From the NCBI GenBank assembly GCA_964658305.1, contig OZ210885.1:16926001-16990000 (forward strand): a DNA stretch of 64,000 bases. The letters are read 5' to 3'. The translations under genes were made by a program, and so were the position numbers. The number at the start of each line of letters is the position of its first letter. Positions within the stretch are counted from its first letter, which is position 1. Of this stretch, positions 23,349 to 37,900 are shown piece by piece. The DNA comes from Leptogorgia sarmentosa. Taxonomy: Eukaryota. Below the pieces are notes generated by a model. It was not told the origin of the DNA, made no database searches, and saw only the letters and a program-made list of their open reading frames with translations.

Positions 23349-26300
23349 GTCTACGACCATACCAGTAGGAAAATACCGGTTCTCGTCTGATCACCGAAGT
23401 TAAGCCTAGGTGGGGAAAGTTAGTACTTGGATGGGTGACCACCTGGGAATACTTTTTTTTGTAGACTTGCTTCATTTTATTGTATGTGTGTTTGCAAATA
23501 GGTTTGCTTTCAATGTAAACTTCAGGGATTTTGTTATTGCTACATCTGGAAATACTTTGTATTGTTGTGTTGCTAAATGTTATTTAATGCCTATTTGTAA
23601 ATATAATTCCTTTCAATTTCAACTTCAGGGTTTTGTTATTGTTACACGTTTAAAAAGTGTAACTTCCATCAACAAATGTCTACGACCGTACGAGTAGGAA
23701 CATACCGGTTCTCGTCTGATCACCGAAGTTAAGCCTACGTGGGCAACGTTAGTACTTGGATGGGTGACTACCTGGGAATAATTTGTGTTGTAGACTTGCT
23801 TCATTTTATTGTATGTGTGTTTGTAAATAGGTTTGCTTTCAATTTCAACTTCAGGGTTTTGTTATTGTTACACGTTTAAAAAGTGTTACTTCCATCAACA
23901 AATGTCTACGACCATACCAGTAGGAAAATACCGGTTCTCGTCTGATCACCGAAGTTCAGCCTAGGTGGGCACAGTTAGTACTTGTATGGGTGACTACCTG
24001 GGAATACTTTGTGTTGTAGACTTGCTTCATTTTATTGTATGTGTGTTTGTAAATAGGTTTGCTTTCAATTGCAACTTCAGGGTTTTGTTATTGTTACACG
24101 TTTAAAAAGTGTAACTTCCATCAACAAATGTCTACGACCATACCAGTAGGAAAATACCGGTTCTCGTTTGATCACTGAAGTTAAGCCTACGTGGGCAAAG
24201 TTAGTACTTGGATGGGTGACTACCTGGGAATACTTTCTGTTGTAGACTTGCTTCATTTTATTGTATGTGTGTTTGTAAATATAATTCCTTTCAATTTCAA
24301 CTTCAGGGTTTTTTTATTGTTACACGTTTAAAAAGTGTAACTTCCATCAACAATTGTCTACGACCATACCAGTAGGAAAATACCGGTTCTCGTCTGATCA
24401 CCGAAGTTAAGCCTAGGTGGGCAAAGTTAGTACTTGGATGGGTGACTACCTGGGAATACTTTGTGTTGTAGACTTGCTTCATTTTATTGTATGTGTGTTT
24501 GTAAATAGGTTTGCTTTCAATTTCAACTTCAGAGTTTTGTTATTGTTACACGTTTAAAAAGTGTTACTTCCATCAACAAATGTCTACGACCATACCAGTA
24601 GGAAAATACCGGTTCTCGTCTGATCACCGAAGTTCAGCCTAGGTGGGCACAGTTAGTACTTGTATGGGTGACTACCTGGGAATACTTTGTGTTGTAGACT
24701 TGCTTCATTTTATTGTATGTGTGTTTGTAAATAGGTTTGCTTTCAATTTCAACTTCAGGGTTTTGTTATTGTTACACGTTTAAAAAGTGTAACTTCCATC
24801 AACAAATGTCTACGACCATACCAGTAGGAAAATACCGGTTCTCGTCTGATCACCGAAGTTAAGCCTAGGTGGGCAAAGTTAGTAGTTGGATGGGTGACCA
24901 CCTGGGAATACTTTGTGTTGTAGACTTGCTTCTTTTTATTGTATGTGTGCTTGTAAATAGGTTTGCTTTCAATTTCAACTTCAGGGTTTTGTTATTGTTA
25001 CACGTTTAAAAAGTGTTACTTCCATCAACAAATGTCTACGACCATACCTGTAGGAAAATACCGGTTCTCGTCTGATGACCGAAGTTAAGCCTAGGTGGGC
25101 AAAGTTAGTACTTGGATGGGTGACTACCTGGGAATACTTTGTGTTGTAGACTTGCTTCATTTTATTGTATGTGTGTTTGTAAATATAATTCCTTTCAATT
25201 TCAACTTCAGGGTTTTGTTATTGTTACACGTTTAAAAAGTGTAACTTCCATCAACAAATGTCTACGACCATACCAGTAGGAAAATACCGGTTCTCGTCTG
25301 ATCACCGAAGTTAAGCCTAGGTGGGCAAAGTTAGTACTTGGATGGGTGACCACCTGGGAATACTTTGTGTTGTAGACTTGCTTCATTTTATTGTATGTGT
25401 GTTTCTAAATAGGTTTGCTTTCAATGTAAACTTCAGGGATTTTGTTATTGCTACATCTGGAAATACTTTGTATTGTTGTTTTGCTAAATGTTATCTAATG
25501 CCTATTTGTAAATATAATTCCTTTCAATTTCAACTTCAGGGTTTTGTTATTGTTACACGTTTAAAAAGTGTTACTTCCATCAACAAATGTCTACGACCGT
25601 ACGAGTAGGAAAATACCGGTTCTCGTCTGATCACCGAAGTTAAGCCTAGGTGGGCAAAGTTAGTAGTTGGATGGGTGACCACCTGGTAATACTTTGTGTT
25701 GTAGACTTGCTTCATTTTATTGTATGTGTGTTTGTAAATAGGTTTGCTTTCAATTTCAACTTCAGGGTTTTGTTATTGTTACACGTTTAAAAAGTGTAAC
25801 TTCCATCAACAAATGTCTACGACCATACCAGTAGGAAAATACCGGTTCTCGTCTGATCACCGAAGTTAAGCCTAGGTGGGCAAAGTTAGTACTTGGATGG
25901 GTGACCACCTGGGAATACTTTGTGTTGTAGACTTGCTTCATTTTATTGTATGTGTGTTTGTAAATAGGTTTGCTTTCAATTTCAACTTCAGGGTTTTGTT
26001 ATTATTACACGTTGAAAAAGTGTAACTTCCATCAACAAATGTCTACGACCATACCAGTAGGAAAATACCGGTTCTCGTCTGATCACCAAAGTTAAGCCTA
26101 GGTGGGCAAAGTTAGTAGTTGGATGGGTGACCACCTGGGAATATTTTGTGTTGTAGACTTGCTTCATTTTATTGTATGTCTGTTTGTAAATAGGTTTGCT
26201 TTCAATTTCAACTTCAGGGTTTTGTTATTGTTACACGTTCAAAAAGTGTAACTTCCATCAACAAATGTCTACAACCATACCAGTGGGAAAATACCGGTTC

Positions 26301-29300
26301 TCGTCTGATCACCGAAGTTAAGCCTAGGTGGGCAAAGTTAGTAGTTGGATGGGTGACCACCTGGGAATACTTTGTGTTGTAGACTTGCTTCATTTTATTG
26401 TATGTGTGTTTGTAAATAGGTTTGCTTGGAATTTCAACTTCAGGGTTTTGTTATTGTTACACGTTTAAAAAGTGTAACTTCCATCAACAAATGTCTACGA
26501 CCATACCAGTAGGAAAATACCGGTTCTCGTCTGATCACCGAAGTTAAGCCTAGGTGGGCAAAGTTAGTAGTTGGATGGGTGACCACCTGGGAATACTTTG
26601 TGTTGTAGACTTGCTTCTTTTTATTGTATGTGTGCTTGTAAATAGGTTTGCTTTCAATTTCAACTTCAGGGTTTTGTTATTGTTACACGTTTAAAAAGTG
26701 TTACTTCCATCAACAAATGTCTACGACCATACCTGTAGGAAAATACCGGTTCTCGTCTGATGACCGAAGTTAAGCCTAGGTGGGCAAAGTTAGTACTTGG
26801 ATGGGTGACTACCTGGGAATACTTTGTGTTGTAGACTTGCTTCATTTTATTGTATGTGTGTTTGTAAATATAATTCCTTTCAATTTCAACTTCAGGGTTT
26901 TGTTATTGTTACACGTTTAAAAAGTGTTACTTCCATCGGCAAATGTCTACGACCATACCAGTAGGAAAATACCGGTTCTCGTCTGATCACCGAAGTTAAG
27001 CCTAGGTGGGCAAGTTAGTACTTGGATGGGTGACCACCTGGGAATACTTTGTGTTGTAGACTTGCTTCATTTTATTGTATGTGTGTTTGTAAATAGGTTT
27101 GCTTTCAATTTCAACTTCAGGGATTTGTTATTGTTACACGTTTAAAAAGTGTTACTTCCATGAACAAATGTCTACGACCATACCAGTAGGAAAATACCGG
27201 TTCTCGTCTGATCACCGAAGTTAAGCCTAGGTGGGGAAAGTTAGTACTTGGATGGGTGACCACCTGGGAATACTTTTTTTTGTAGACTTGCTTCATTTTA
27301 TTGTATGTGTGTTTGCAAATAGGTTTGCTTTCAATGTAAACTTCAGGGATTTTGTTATTGCTACATCTGGAAATACTTTGTATTGTTGTGTTGCTAAATG
27401 TTATTTAATGCCTATTTGTAAATATAATTCCTTTCAATTTCAACTTCAGGGTTTTGTTATTGTTACACGTTTAAAAAGTGTAACTTCCATCAACAAATGT
27501 CTACGACCGTACGAGTAGGAACATACCGGTTCTCGTCTGATCACCGAAGTTAAGCCTACGTGGGCAACGTTAGTACTTGGATGGGTGACTACCTGGGAAT
27601 AATTTGTGTTGTAGACTTGCTTCATTTTATTGTATGTGTGTTTGTAAATAGGTTTGCTTTCAATTTCAACTTCAGGGTTTTGTTATTGTTACACGTTTAA
27701 AAAGTGTTACTTCCATCAACAAATGTCTACGACCATACCAGTAGGAAAATACCGGTTCTCGTCTGATCACCGAAGTTCAGCCTAGGTGGGCACAGTTAGT
27801 ACTTGTATGGGTGACTACCTGGGAATACTTTGTGTTGTAGACTTGCTTCATTTTATTGTATGTGTGTTTGTAAATAGGTTTGCTTTCAATTGCAACTTCA
27901 GGGTTTTGTTATTGTTACACGTTTAAAAAGTGTAACTTCCATCAACAAATGTCTACGACCATACCAGTAGGAAAATACCGGTTCTCGTTTGATCACTGAA
28001 GTTAAGCCTACGTGGGCAAAGTTAGTACTTGGATGGGTGACTACCTGGGAATACTTTCTGTTGTAGACTTGCTTCATTTTATTGTATGTGTGTTTGTAAA
28101 TATAATTCCTTTCAATTTCAACTTCAGGGTTTTTTTATTGTTACACGTTTAAAAAGTGTAACTTCCATCAACAATTGTCTACGACCATACCAGTAGGAAA
28201 ATACCGGTTCTCGTCTGATCACCGAAGTTAAGCCTAGGTGGGCAAAGTTAGTACTTGGATGGGTGACTACCTGGGAATACTTTGTGTTGTAGACTTGCTT
28301 CATTTTATTGTATGTGTGTTTGTAAATAGGTTTGCTTTCAATTTCAACTTCAGAGTTTTGTTATTGTTACACGTTTAAAAAGTGTTACTTCCATCAACAA
28401 ATGTCTACGACCATACCAGTAGGAAAATACCGGTTCTCGTCTGATCACCGAAGTTCAGCCTAGGTGGGCACAGTTAGTACTTGTATGGGTGACTACCTGG
28501 GAATACTTTGTGTTGTAGACTTGCTTCATTTTATTGTATGTGTGTTTGTAAATAGGTTTGCTTTCAATTTCAACTTCAGGGTTTTGTTATTGTTACACGT
28601 TTAAAAAGTGTAACTTCCATCAACAAATGTCTACGACCATACCAGTAGGAAAATACCGGTTCTCGTCTGATCACCGAAGTTAAGCCTAGGTGGGCAAAGT
28701 TAGTAGTTGGATGGGTGACCACCTGGGAATACTTTGTGTTGTAGACTTGCTTCTTTTTATTGTATGTGTGCTTGTAAATAGGTTTGCTTTCAATTTCAAC
28801 TTCAGGGTTTTGTTATTGTTACACGTTTAAAAAGTGTTACTTCCATCAACAAATGTCTACGACCATACCTGTAGGAAAATACCGGTTCTCGTCTGATGAC
28901 CGAAGTTAAGCCTAGGTGGGCAAAGTTAGTACTTGGATGGGTGACTACCTGGGAATACTTTGTGTTGTAGACTTGCTTCATTTTATTGTATGTGTGTTTG
29001 TAAATATAATTCCTTTCAATTTCAACTTCAGGGTTTTGTTATTGTTACACGTTTAAAAAGTGTAACTTCCATCAACAAATGTCTACGACCATACCAGTAG
29101 GAAAATACCGGTTCTCGTCTGATCACCGAAGTTAAGCCTAGGTGGGCAAAGTTAGTACTTGGATGGGTGACCACCTGGGAATACTTTGTGTTGTAGACTT
29201 GCTTCATTTTATTGTATGTGTGTTTCTAAATAGGTTTGCTTTCAATGTAAACTTCAGGGATTTTGTTATTGCTACATCTGGAAATACTTTGTATTGTTGT

Positions 29301-30990
29301 TTTGCTAAATGTTATCTAATGCCTATTTGTAAATATAATTCCTTTCAATTTCAACTTCAGGGTTTTGTTATTGTTACACGTTTAAAAAGTGTTACTTCCA
29401 TCAACAAATGTCTACGACCGTACGAGTAGGAAAATACCGGTTCTCGTCTGATCACCGAAGTTAAGCCTAGGTGGGCAAAGTTAGTAGTTGGATGGGTGAC
29501 CACCTGGTAATACTTTGTGTTGTAGACTTGCTTCATTTTATTGTATGTGTGTTTGTAAATAGGTTTGCTTTCAATTTCAACTTCAGGGTTTTGTTATTGT
29601 TACACGTTTAAAAAGTGTAACTTCCATCAACAAATGTCTACGACCATACCAGTAGGAAAATACCGGTTCTCGTCTGATCACCGAAGTTAAGCCTAGGTGG
29701 GCAAAGTTAGTACTTGGATGGGTGACCACCTGGGAATACTTTGTGTTGTAGACTTGGTTCATTTTATTGTATGTGTGTTTGTAAATAGGTTTGCTTTCAA
29801 TTTCAACTTCAGGGTTTTGTTATTATTACACGTTGAAAAAGTGTAACTTCCATCAACAAATGTCTACGACCATACCAGTAGGAAAATACCGGTTCTCGTC
29901 TGATCACCAAAGTTAAGCCTAGGTGGGCAAAGTTAGTAGTTGGATGGGTGACCACCTGGGAATATTTTGTGTTGTAGACTTGCTTCATTTTATTGTATGT
30001 CTGTTTGTAAATAGGTTTGCTTTCAATTTCAACTTCAGGGTTTTGTTATTGTTACACGTTCAAAAAGTGTAACTTCCATCAACAAATGTCTACAACCATA
30101 CCAGTGGGAAAATACCGGTTCTCGTCTGATCACCGAAGTTAAGCCTAGGTGGGCAAAGTTAGTAGTTGGATGGGTGACCACCTGGGAATACTTTGTGTTG
30201 TAGACTTGCTTCATTTTATTGTATGTGTGTTTGTAAATAGGTTTGCTTGGAATTTCAACTTCAGGGTTTTGTTATTGTTACACGTTTAAAAAGTGTAACT
30301 TCCATCAACAAATGTCTACGACCATACCAGTAGGAAAATACCGGTTCTCGTCTGATCACCGAAGTTAAGCCTAGGTGGGCAAAGTTAGTAGTTGGATGGG
30401 TGACCACCTGGGAATACTTTGTGTTGTAGACTTGCTTCTTTTTATTGTATGTGTGCTTGTAAATAGGTTTGCTTTCAATTTCAACTTCAGGGTTTTGTTA
30501 TTGTTACACGTTTAAAAAGTGTTACTTCCATCAACAAATGTCTACGACCATACCTGTAGGAAAATACCGGTTCTCGTCTGATGACCGAAGTTAAGCCTAG
30601 GTGGGCAAAGTTAGTACTTGGATGGGTGACTACCTGGGAATACTTTGTGTTGTAGACTTGCTTCATTTTATTGTATGTGTGTTTGTAAATATAATTCCTT
30701 TCAATTTCAACTTCAGGGTTTTGTTATTGTTACACGTTTAAAAAGTGTTACTTCCATCGGCAAATGTCTACGACCATACCAGTAGGAAAATACCGGTTCT
30801 CGTCTGACCACCGAAGCCAAGCCTAGGTGGGCAAGTTAGTACTTGGATGGGTGACCACCTGGGAATACTTTGTGTTGTAGACTTGCTTCATTTTATTGTA
30901 TGTGTGTTTGTAAATAGGTTTGCTTTCAATTTCAACTTCAGGGATTTGTTATTGTTACACGTTTAAAAAGTGTTACTTCCATGAACAAAT
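23349..30990 (+). repeat. Tandem duplication with 3821-bp period (16 units)
   Basis: Long units at 23349/27170/30991 and 25260/29081. Shared markers TTGTGTTGCTAA, GGAACATACC, GGCAACGTT, GAATAATTTG. Confidence 0.9.
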
Positions 30991-31959
30991 GTCTACGACC
31001 ATACCAGTAGGAAAATACCGGTTCTCGTCTGATCACCGAAGTTAAGCCTAGGTGGGGAAAGTTAGTACTTGGATGGGTGACCACCTGGGAATACTTTTTT
31101 TTGTAGACTTGCTTCATTTTATTGTATGTGTGTTTGCAAATAGGTTTGCTTTCAATGTAAACTTCAGGGATTTTGTTATTGCTACATCTGGAAATACTTT
31201 GTATTGTTGTTTTGCTAAATGTTATTTAATGCCTATTTGTAAATATACTTCCTTTCAATTTCAACTTCGGGGTTTTGTTATTGTTACACGATTAAAAAGT
31301 GTAACTTCCATCAACAAATGTGTACGACCGTACGAGTAGGAAAATACCGGTTCTCGTCTGATCACCGAAGTTAAGCCTAGGTGGGCACAGTTAGTAGTTG
31401 GATGGGTGACCACCTGGGAATACTTTGTGTTGTAGACTTGCTTCATTTTATTGTATGTGTGTTTGTAAATAGGTTTGCTTTCAATTTCAACTTCAGGGTT
31501 TTGTTATTGTTACACGTTTTAAAAGTGTAACTTCCATCAGCAAATGTCTACGACCATACCAGTAGGAAAATACCGGTTCTCGTCTGATCACCGAAGTTAA
31601 GCCTAGGTGGGCAAAGTTAGTACTTGGATGGGTGACCACCTGGGAATACTTTGTGTTGTAGACTTGCTTCACTTTATTGTATGTGTGTTTGTAAATAGGT
31701 TTGCTTTCAATTTCATCTTCAGGGTTTTGTTATTGTTACACGTTTAAAAAGTGTTACTTCCATCAACAAATGTCTACGACCATACCAGTAGGAAAATACC
31801 GGTTCTCGTCTGATCACCGAAGTTAAGCCTAGGTGGGCAAAGTTAGTAGTTGGATGGGTGACCACCTGGGAATACTTTGTGTTGTAGACTTGCTTCATTT
31901 TATTGTATGTGTGTTTGTAAATATAATTCCTTTCAATTTCAACTTCAGGGTTTTGTTAT

Positions 31960-34900
31960 TGTTACACGTTTTAAAAGTGTAACTTCCATCAGCAAATGTC
32001 TACGACCATACCAGTAGGAAAATACCGGTTCTCGTCTGATCACCGAAGTTAAGCCTAGGTGGGCAAAGTTAGTACTTGGATGGGTGACCACCTGGGAATA
32101 CTTTGTGTTGTAGACTTGCTTCATTTTATTGTATGTGTGTTTGTAAATAGGTTTGCTTTCAATTTCATCTTCAGGGTTTTGTTATTGTTACACGTTTAAA
32201 AAGTGTTACTTCCATCAACAAATGTCTACGACCATACCAGTAGGAAAATACCGGTTCTCGTCTGATCACCGAAGTTAAGCCTAGGTGGGCAAAGTTAGTA
32301 CTTGGATGGGTGACTACCTGGGAATACTTTGTGTTGTAGACTTGCTTCATTTTATTGTATGTGTGTTTGTAAATATAATTCCTTTCAATTTCAACTTCAG
32401 GGTTTTGTTATTGTTACACGTTTAAAAAGTGTAACTTCCATCAACAATTGTCTACGACCATACCAGTAGGAAAATACCGGTTCTCGTCTGATCACAGAAG
32501 TTAAGCCTAGGTGGGCAAAGTTAGTACTTGGATGGGTGACTAGCTGGGAATACTTTGTGTTGTAGACTTGCTTCATTTTATTGTATGCGTGTTTGTAAAT
32601 AGGTTTGCTTTCAATTTCAACTTCAGGGTTTTGTTATTGTTACACGTTTAAAAAGTGTTACTTCCATCCAGAAATATCTATGACCATACCAGTAGGAAAA
32701 TACCGGTTCTCGTCTGATCACCGAAGTTAAGCCTAGGTGGGCAAGGTTGGTAGTTGGATGGGTGACCACCTGGGAATATTTTGTGTTGTACACTTGCTTC
32801 ATTTTATTGTATGTGTGTTTCTAAATAGGTTTGCTTTCAATTTCAACTTCAGGGTTTTCTTATTGTTACACGTTTAAAAAGTGTAACTTCCATCAACAAA
32901 TGTCTACGACCATACCAGTAGCAAAATACCGGTTCTCGTCTGATCACCGAAGTTAACCCTAGGTGGGCACAGTTAGTAGTTGGATGGGTGACCACCTGGG
33001 AATACTTTGTGTTGTAGACTTGCTTCATTTTATTGTATGTGTGTTTGTAAATAGGTTTGCTTTCAATTTCAACTTCAGGGTTTTGTTATTGTTACACGTT
33101 TTAAAAGTGTAACTTCCATCAGCAAATGTCTACGACCATACCAGTAGGAAAATACCGGTTCTCGTCTGATCACCGAAGTTAAGCCTAGGTGGGCAAAGTT
33201 AGTACTTGGATGGGTGACCACCTGGGAATACTTTGTGTTGTAGACTTGCTTCATTTTATTGTATGTGTGTTTGTAAATAGGTTTGCTTTCAATTTCATCT
33301 TCAGGGTTTTGTTATTGTTACACGTTTAAAAAGTGTTACTTCCATCAACAAATGTCTACGACCATACCAGTAGGAAAATACCGGTTCTCGTCTGATCACC
33401 GAAGTTAAGCCTAGGTGGGCAAAGTTAGTACTTGGATGGGTGACTACCTGGGAATACTTTGTGTTGTAGACTTGCTTCATTTTATTGTATGTGTGTTTGT
33501 AAATATAATTCCTTTCAATTTCAACTTCAGGGTTTTGTTATTGTTACACGTTTAAAAAGTGTAACTTCCATCAACAATTGTCTACGACCATACCAGTAGG
33601 AAAATACCGGTTCTCGTCTGATCACAGAAGTTAAGCCTAGGTGGGCAAAGTTAGTACTTGGATGGGTGACTAGCTGGGAATACTTTGTGTTGTAGACTTG
33701 CTTCATTTTATTGTATGCGTGTTTGTAAATAGGTTTGCTTTCAATTTCAACTTCAGGGTTTTGTTATTGTTACACGTTGAAAAATTGTAACTTCCATCAA
33801 CAAATGTCTACGACCATACCAGTAGGAAAATACCGGTTCTCGTCTGATCACCGAAGTTAAGCCTAGGTGGGCAAAGTTAGTACTTGGATGGGTGACTACC
33901 TGGGAATACTTTGTGTTGTAGACTTGCTTCATTTTATTGTATGTGTGTTTGTAAATATAATTCCTTTCAATTTCAACTTCAGGGTTTTGTTATTGTTACA
34001 CGTTTAAAAAGTGTAACTTCCATCAACAATTGTCTACGACCATACCAGTAGGAAAATACCGGTTCTCGTCTGATCACAGAAGTTAAGCCTAGGTGGGCAA
34101 AGTTAGTACTTGGATGGGTGACTAGCTGGGAATACTTTGTGTTGTAGACTTGCTTCATTTTATTGTATGCGTGTTTGTAAATAGGTTTGCTTTCAATTTC
34201 AACTTCAGGGTTTTGTTATTGTTACACGTTGAAAAAGTGTAACTTCCATCAACAAATGTCTACGACCATACCAGTAGGAAAATACCGGTTCTCGTTTGAT
34301 CACTGAAGTTAAGCCTACGTGGGCAAAGTTAGTACTTGGATGGGTGACTACCTGGGAATACTTTCTGTTGTAGACTTGCTTCATTTTATTGTATGTGTGT
34401 TTGTAAATATAATTCCTTTCAATTTCAACTTCAGGGTTTTTTTATTGTTACACGTTTAAAAAGTGTAACTTCCATCAACAATTGTCTACGACCATACCAG
34501 TAGGAAAATACCGGTTCTCGTCTGATCACCGAAGTTAAGCCTAGGTGGGCAAAGTTAGTACTTGGATGGGTGACTACCTGGGAATACTTTGTGTTGTAGA
34601 CTTGCTTCATTTTATTGTATGTGTGTTTGTAAATAGGTTTGCTTTCAATTTCAACTTCAGAGTTTTGTTATTGTTACACGTTTAAAAAGTGTTACTTCCA
34701 TCAACAAATGTCTACGACCATACCAGTAGGAAAATACCGGTTCTCGTCTGATCACCGAAGTTCAGCCTAGGTGGGCACAGTTAGTACTTGTATGGGTGAC
34801 TACCTGGGAATACTTTGTGTTGTAGACTTGCTTCATTTTATTGTATGTGTGTTTGTAAATAGGTTTGCTTTCAATTTCAACTTCAGGGTTTTGTTATTGT

Positions 34901-37900
34901 TACACGTTTAAAAAGTGTAACTTCCATCAACAAATGTCTACGACCATACCAGTAGGAAAATACCGGTTCTCGTCTGATCACCGAAGTTAAGCCTAGGTGG
35001 GCAAAGTTAGTAGTTGGATGGGTGACCACCTGGGAATACTTTGTGTTGTAGACTTGCTTCTTTTTATTGTATGTGTGCTTGTAAATAGGTTTGCTTTCAA
35101 TTTCAACTTCAGGGTTTTGTTATTGTTACACGTTTAAAAAGTGTTACTTCCATCAACAAATGTCTACGACCATACCTGTAGGAAAATACCGGTTCTCGTC
35201 TGATGACCGAAGTTAAGCCTAGGTGGGCAAAGTTAGTACTTGGATGGGTGACTACCTGGGAATACTTTGTGTTGTAGACTTGCTTCATTTTATTGTATGT
35301 GTGTTTGTAAATATAATTCCTTTCAATTTCAACTTCAGGGTTTTGTTATTGTTACACGTTTAAAAAGTGTAACTTCCATCAACAAATGTCTACGACCATA
35401 CCAGTAGGAAAATACCGGTTCTCGTCTGATCACCGAAGTTAAGCCTAGGTGGGCAAAGTTAGTACTTGGATGGGTGACCACCTGGGAATACTTTGTGTTG
35501 TAGACTTGCTTCATTTTATTGTATGTGTGTTTCTAAATAGGTTTGCTTTCAATGTAAACTTCAGGGATTTTGTTATTGCTACATCTGGAAATACTTTGTA
35601 TTGTTGTTTTGCTAAATGTTATCTAATGCCTATTTGTAAATATAATTCCTTTCAATTTCAACTTCAGGGTTTTGTTATTGTTACACGTTTAAAAAGTGTT
35701 ACTTCCATCAACAAATGTCTACGACCGTACGAGTAGGAAAATACCGGTTCTCGTCTGATCACCGAAGTTAAGCCTAGGTGGGCAAAGTTAGTAGTTGGAT
35801 GGGTGATCACCTGGTAATACTTTGTGTTGTAGACTTGCTTCATTTTATTGTATGTGTGTTTGTAAATAGGTTTGCTTTCAATTTCAACTTCAGGGTTTTG
35901 TTATTGTTACACGTTTAAAAAGTGTAACTTCCATCAACAAATGTCTACGACCATACCAGTAGGAAAATACCGGTTCTCGTCTGATCACCGAAGTTAAGCC
36001 TAGGTGGGCAAAGTTAGTACTTGGATGGGTGACCACCTGGGAATACTTTGTGTTGTAGACTTGCTTCATTTTATTGTATGTGTGTTTGTAAATAGGTTTG
36101 CTTTCAATTTCAACTTCAGGGTTTTGTTATTATTACACGTTGAAAAAGTGTAACTTCCATCAACAAATGTCTACGACCATACCAGTAGGAAAATACCGGT
36201 TCTCGTCTGATCACCAAAGTTAAGCCTAGGTGGGCAAAGTTAGTAGTTGGATGGGTGACCACCTGGGAATATTTTGTGTTGTAGACTTGCTTCATTTTAT
36301 TGTATGTCTGTTTGTAAATAGGTTTGCTTTCAATTTCAACTTCAGGGTTTTGTTATTGTTACACGTTCAAAAAGTGTAACTTCCATCAACAAATGTCTAC
36401 AACCATACCAGTGGGAAAATACCGGTTCTCGTCTGATCACCGAAGTTAAGCCTAGGTGGGCAAAGTTAGTAGTTGGATGGGTGACCACCTGGGAATACTT
36501 TGTGTTGTAGACTTGCTTCATTTTATTGTATGTGTGTTTGTAAATAGGTTTGCTTTCAATTTCAACTTCAGGGTTTTGTTATTGTTACACGTTTAAAAAG
36601 TGTAACTTCCATCAACAAATGTCTACGACCATACCAGTAGGAAAATACCGGTTCTCGTCTGATCACCGAAGTTAAGCCTAGGTGGGCAAAGTTAGTAGTT
36701 GGATGGGTGACCACCTGGGAATACTTTGTGTTGTAGACTTGCTTCTTTTGATTGTATGTGTGCTTGTAAATAGGTTTGCTTTCAATTTCAACTTCAGGGT
36801 TTTGTTATTGTTACACGTTTAAAAAGTGTTACTTCCATCAACAAATGTCTACGACCATACCTGTAGGAAAATACCGGTTCTCGTCTGATGACCGAAGTTA
36901 AGCCTAGGTGGGCAAAGTTAGTACTTGGATGGGTGACTACCTGGGAATACTTTGTGTTGTAGACTTGCTTCATTTTATTGTATGTGTGTTTGTAAATATA
37001 ATTCCTTTCAATTTCAACTTCAGGGTTTTGTTATTGTTACACGTTTAAAAAGTGTTACTTCCATCGGCAAATGTCTACGACCATACCAGTAGGAAAATAC
37101 CGGTTCTCGTCTGATCACCGAAGTTAAGCCTAGGTGGGCAAGTTAGTACTTGGATGGGTGACCACCTGGGAATATTTTGTGTTGTAGACTTGCTTCATTT
37201 TATTGTATGTGTGTTTGTAAATAGGTTTGCTTTCAATTTCAACTTCAGGGATTTGTTATTGTTACACGTTTAAAAAGTGTTACTTCCATGAACAAATGTC
37301 TACGACCATACCAGTAGGAAAATACCGGTTCTCGTCTGATCACCGAAGTTAAGCCTAGGTGGGGAAAGTTAGTACTTGGATGGGTGACCACCTGGGAATA
37401 CTTTTTTTTGTAGACTTGCTTCATTTTATTGTATGTGTGTTTGCAAATAGGTTTGCTTTCAATGTAAACTTCAGGGATTTTGTTATTGCTACATCTGGAA
37501 ATACTTTGTATTGTTGTTTTGCTAAATGTTATTTAATGCCTATTTGTAAATATACTTCCTTTCAATTTCAACTTCGGGGTTTTGTTATTGTTACACGATT
37601 AAAAAGTGTAACTTCCATCAACAAATGTGTACGACCGTACGAGTAGGAAAATACCGGTTCTCGTCTGATCACCGAAGTTAAGCCTAGGTGGGCACAGTTA
37701 GTAGTTGGATGGGTGACCACCTGGGAATACTTTGTGTTGTAGACTTGCTTCATTTTATTGTATGTGTGTATGTGTGTTTGTAAATAGGTTTGCTTTCAAT
37801 TTCAACTTCAGGGTTTTGTTATTGTTACACGTTTTAAAAGTGTAACTTCCATCAGCAAATGTCTACGACCATACCAGTAGGAAAATACCGGTTCTCGTCT

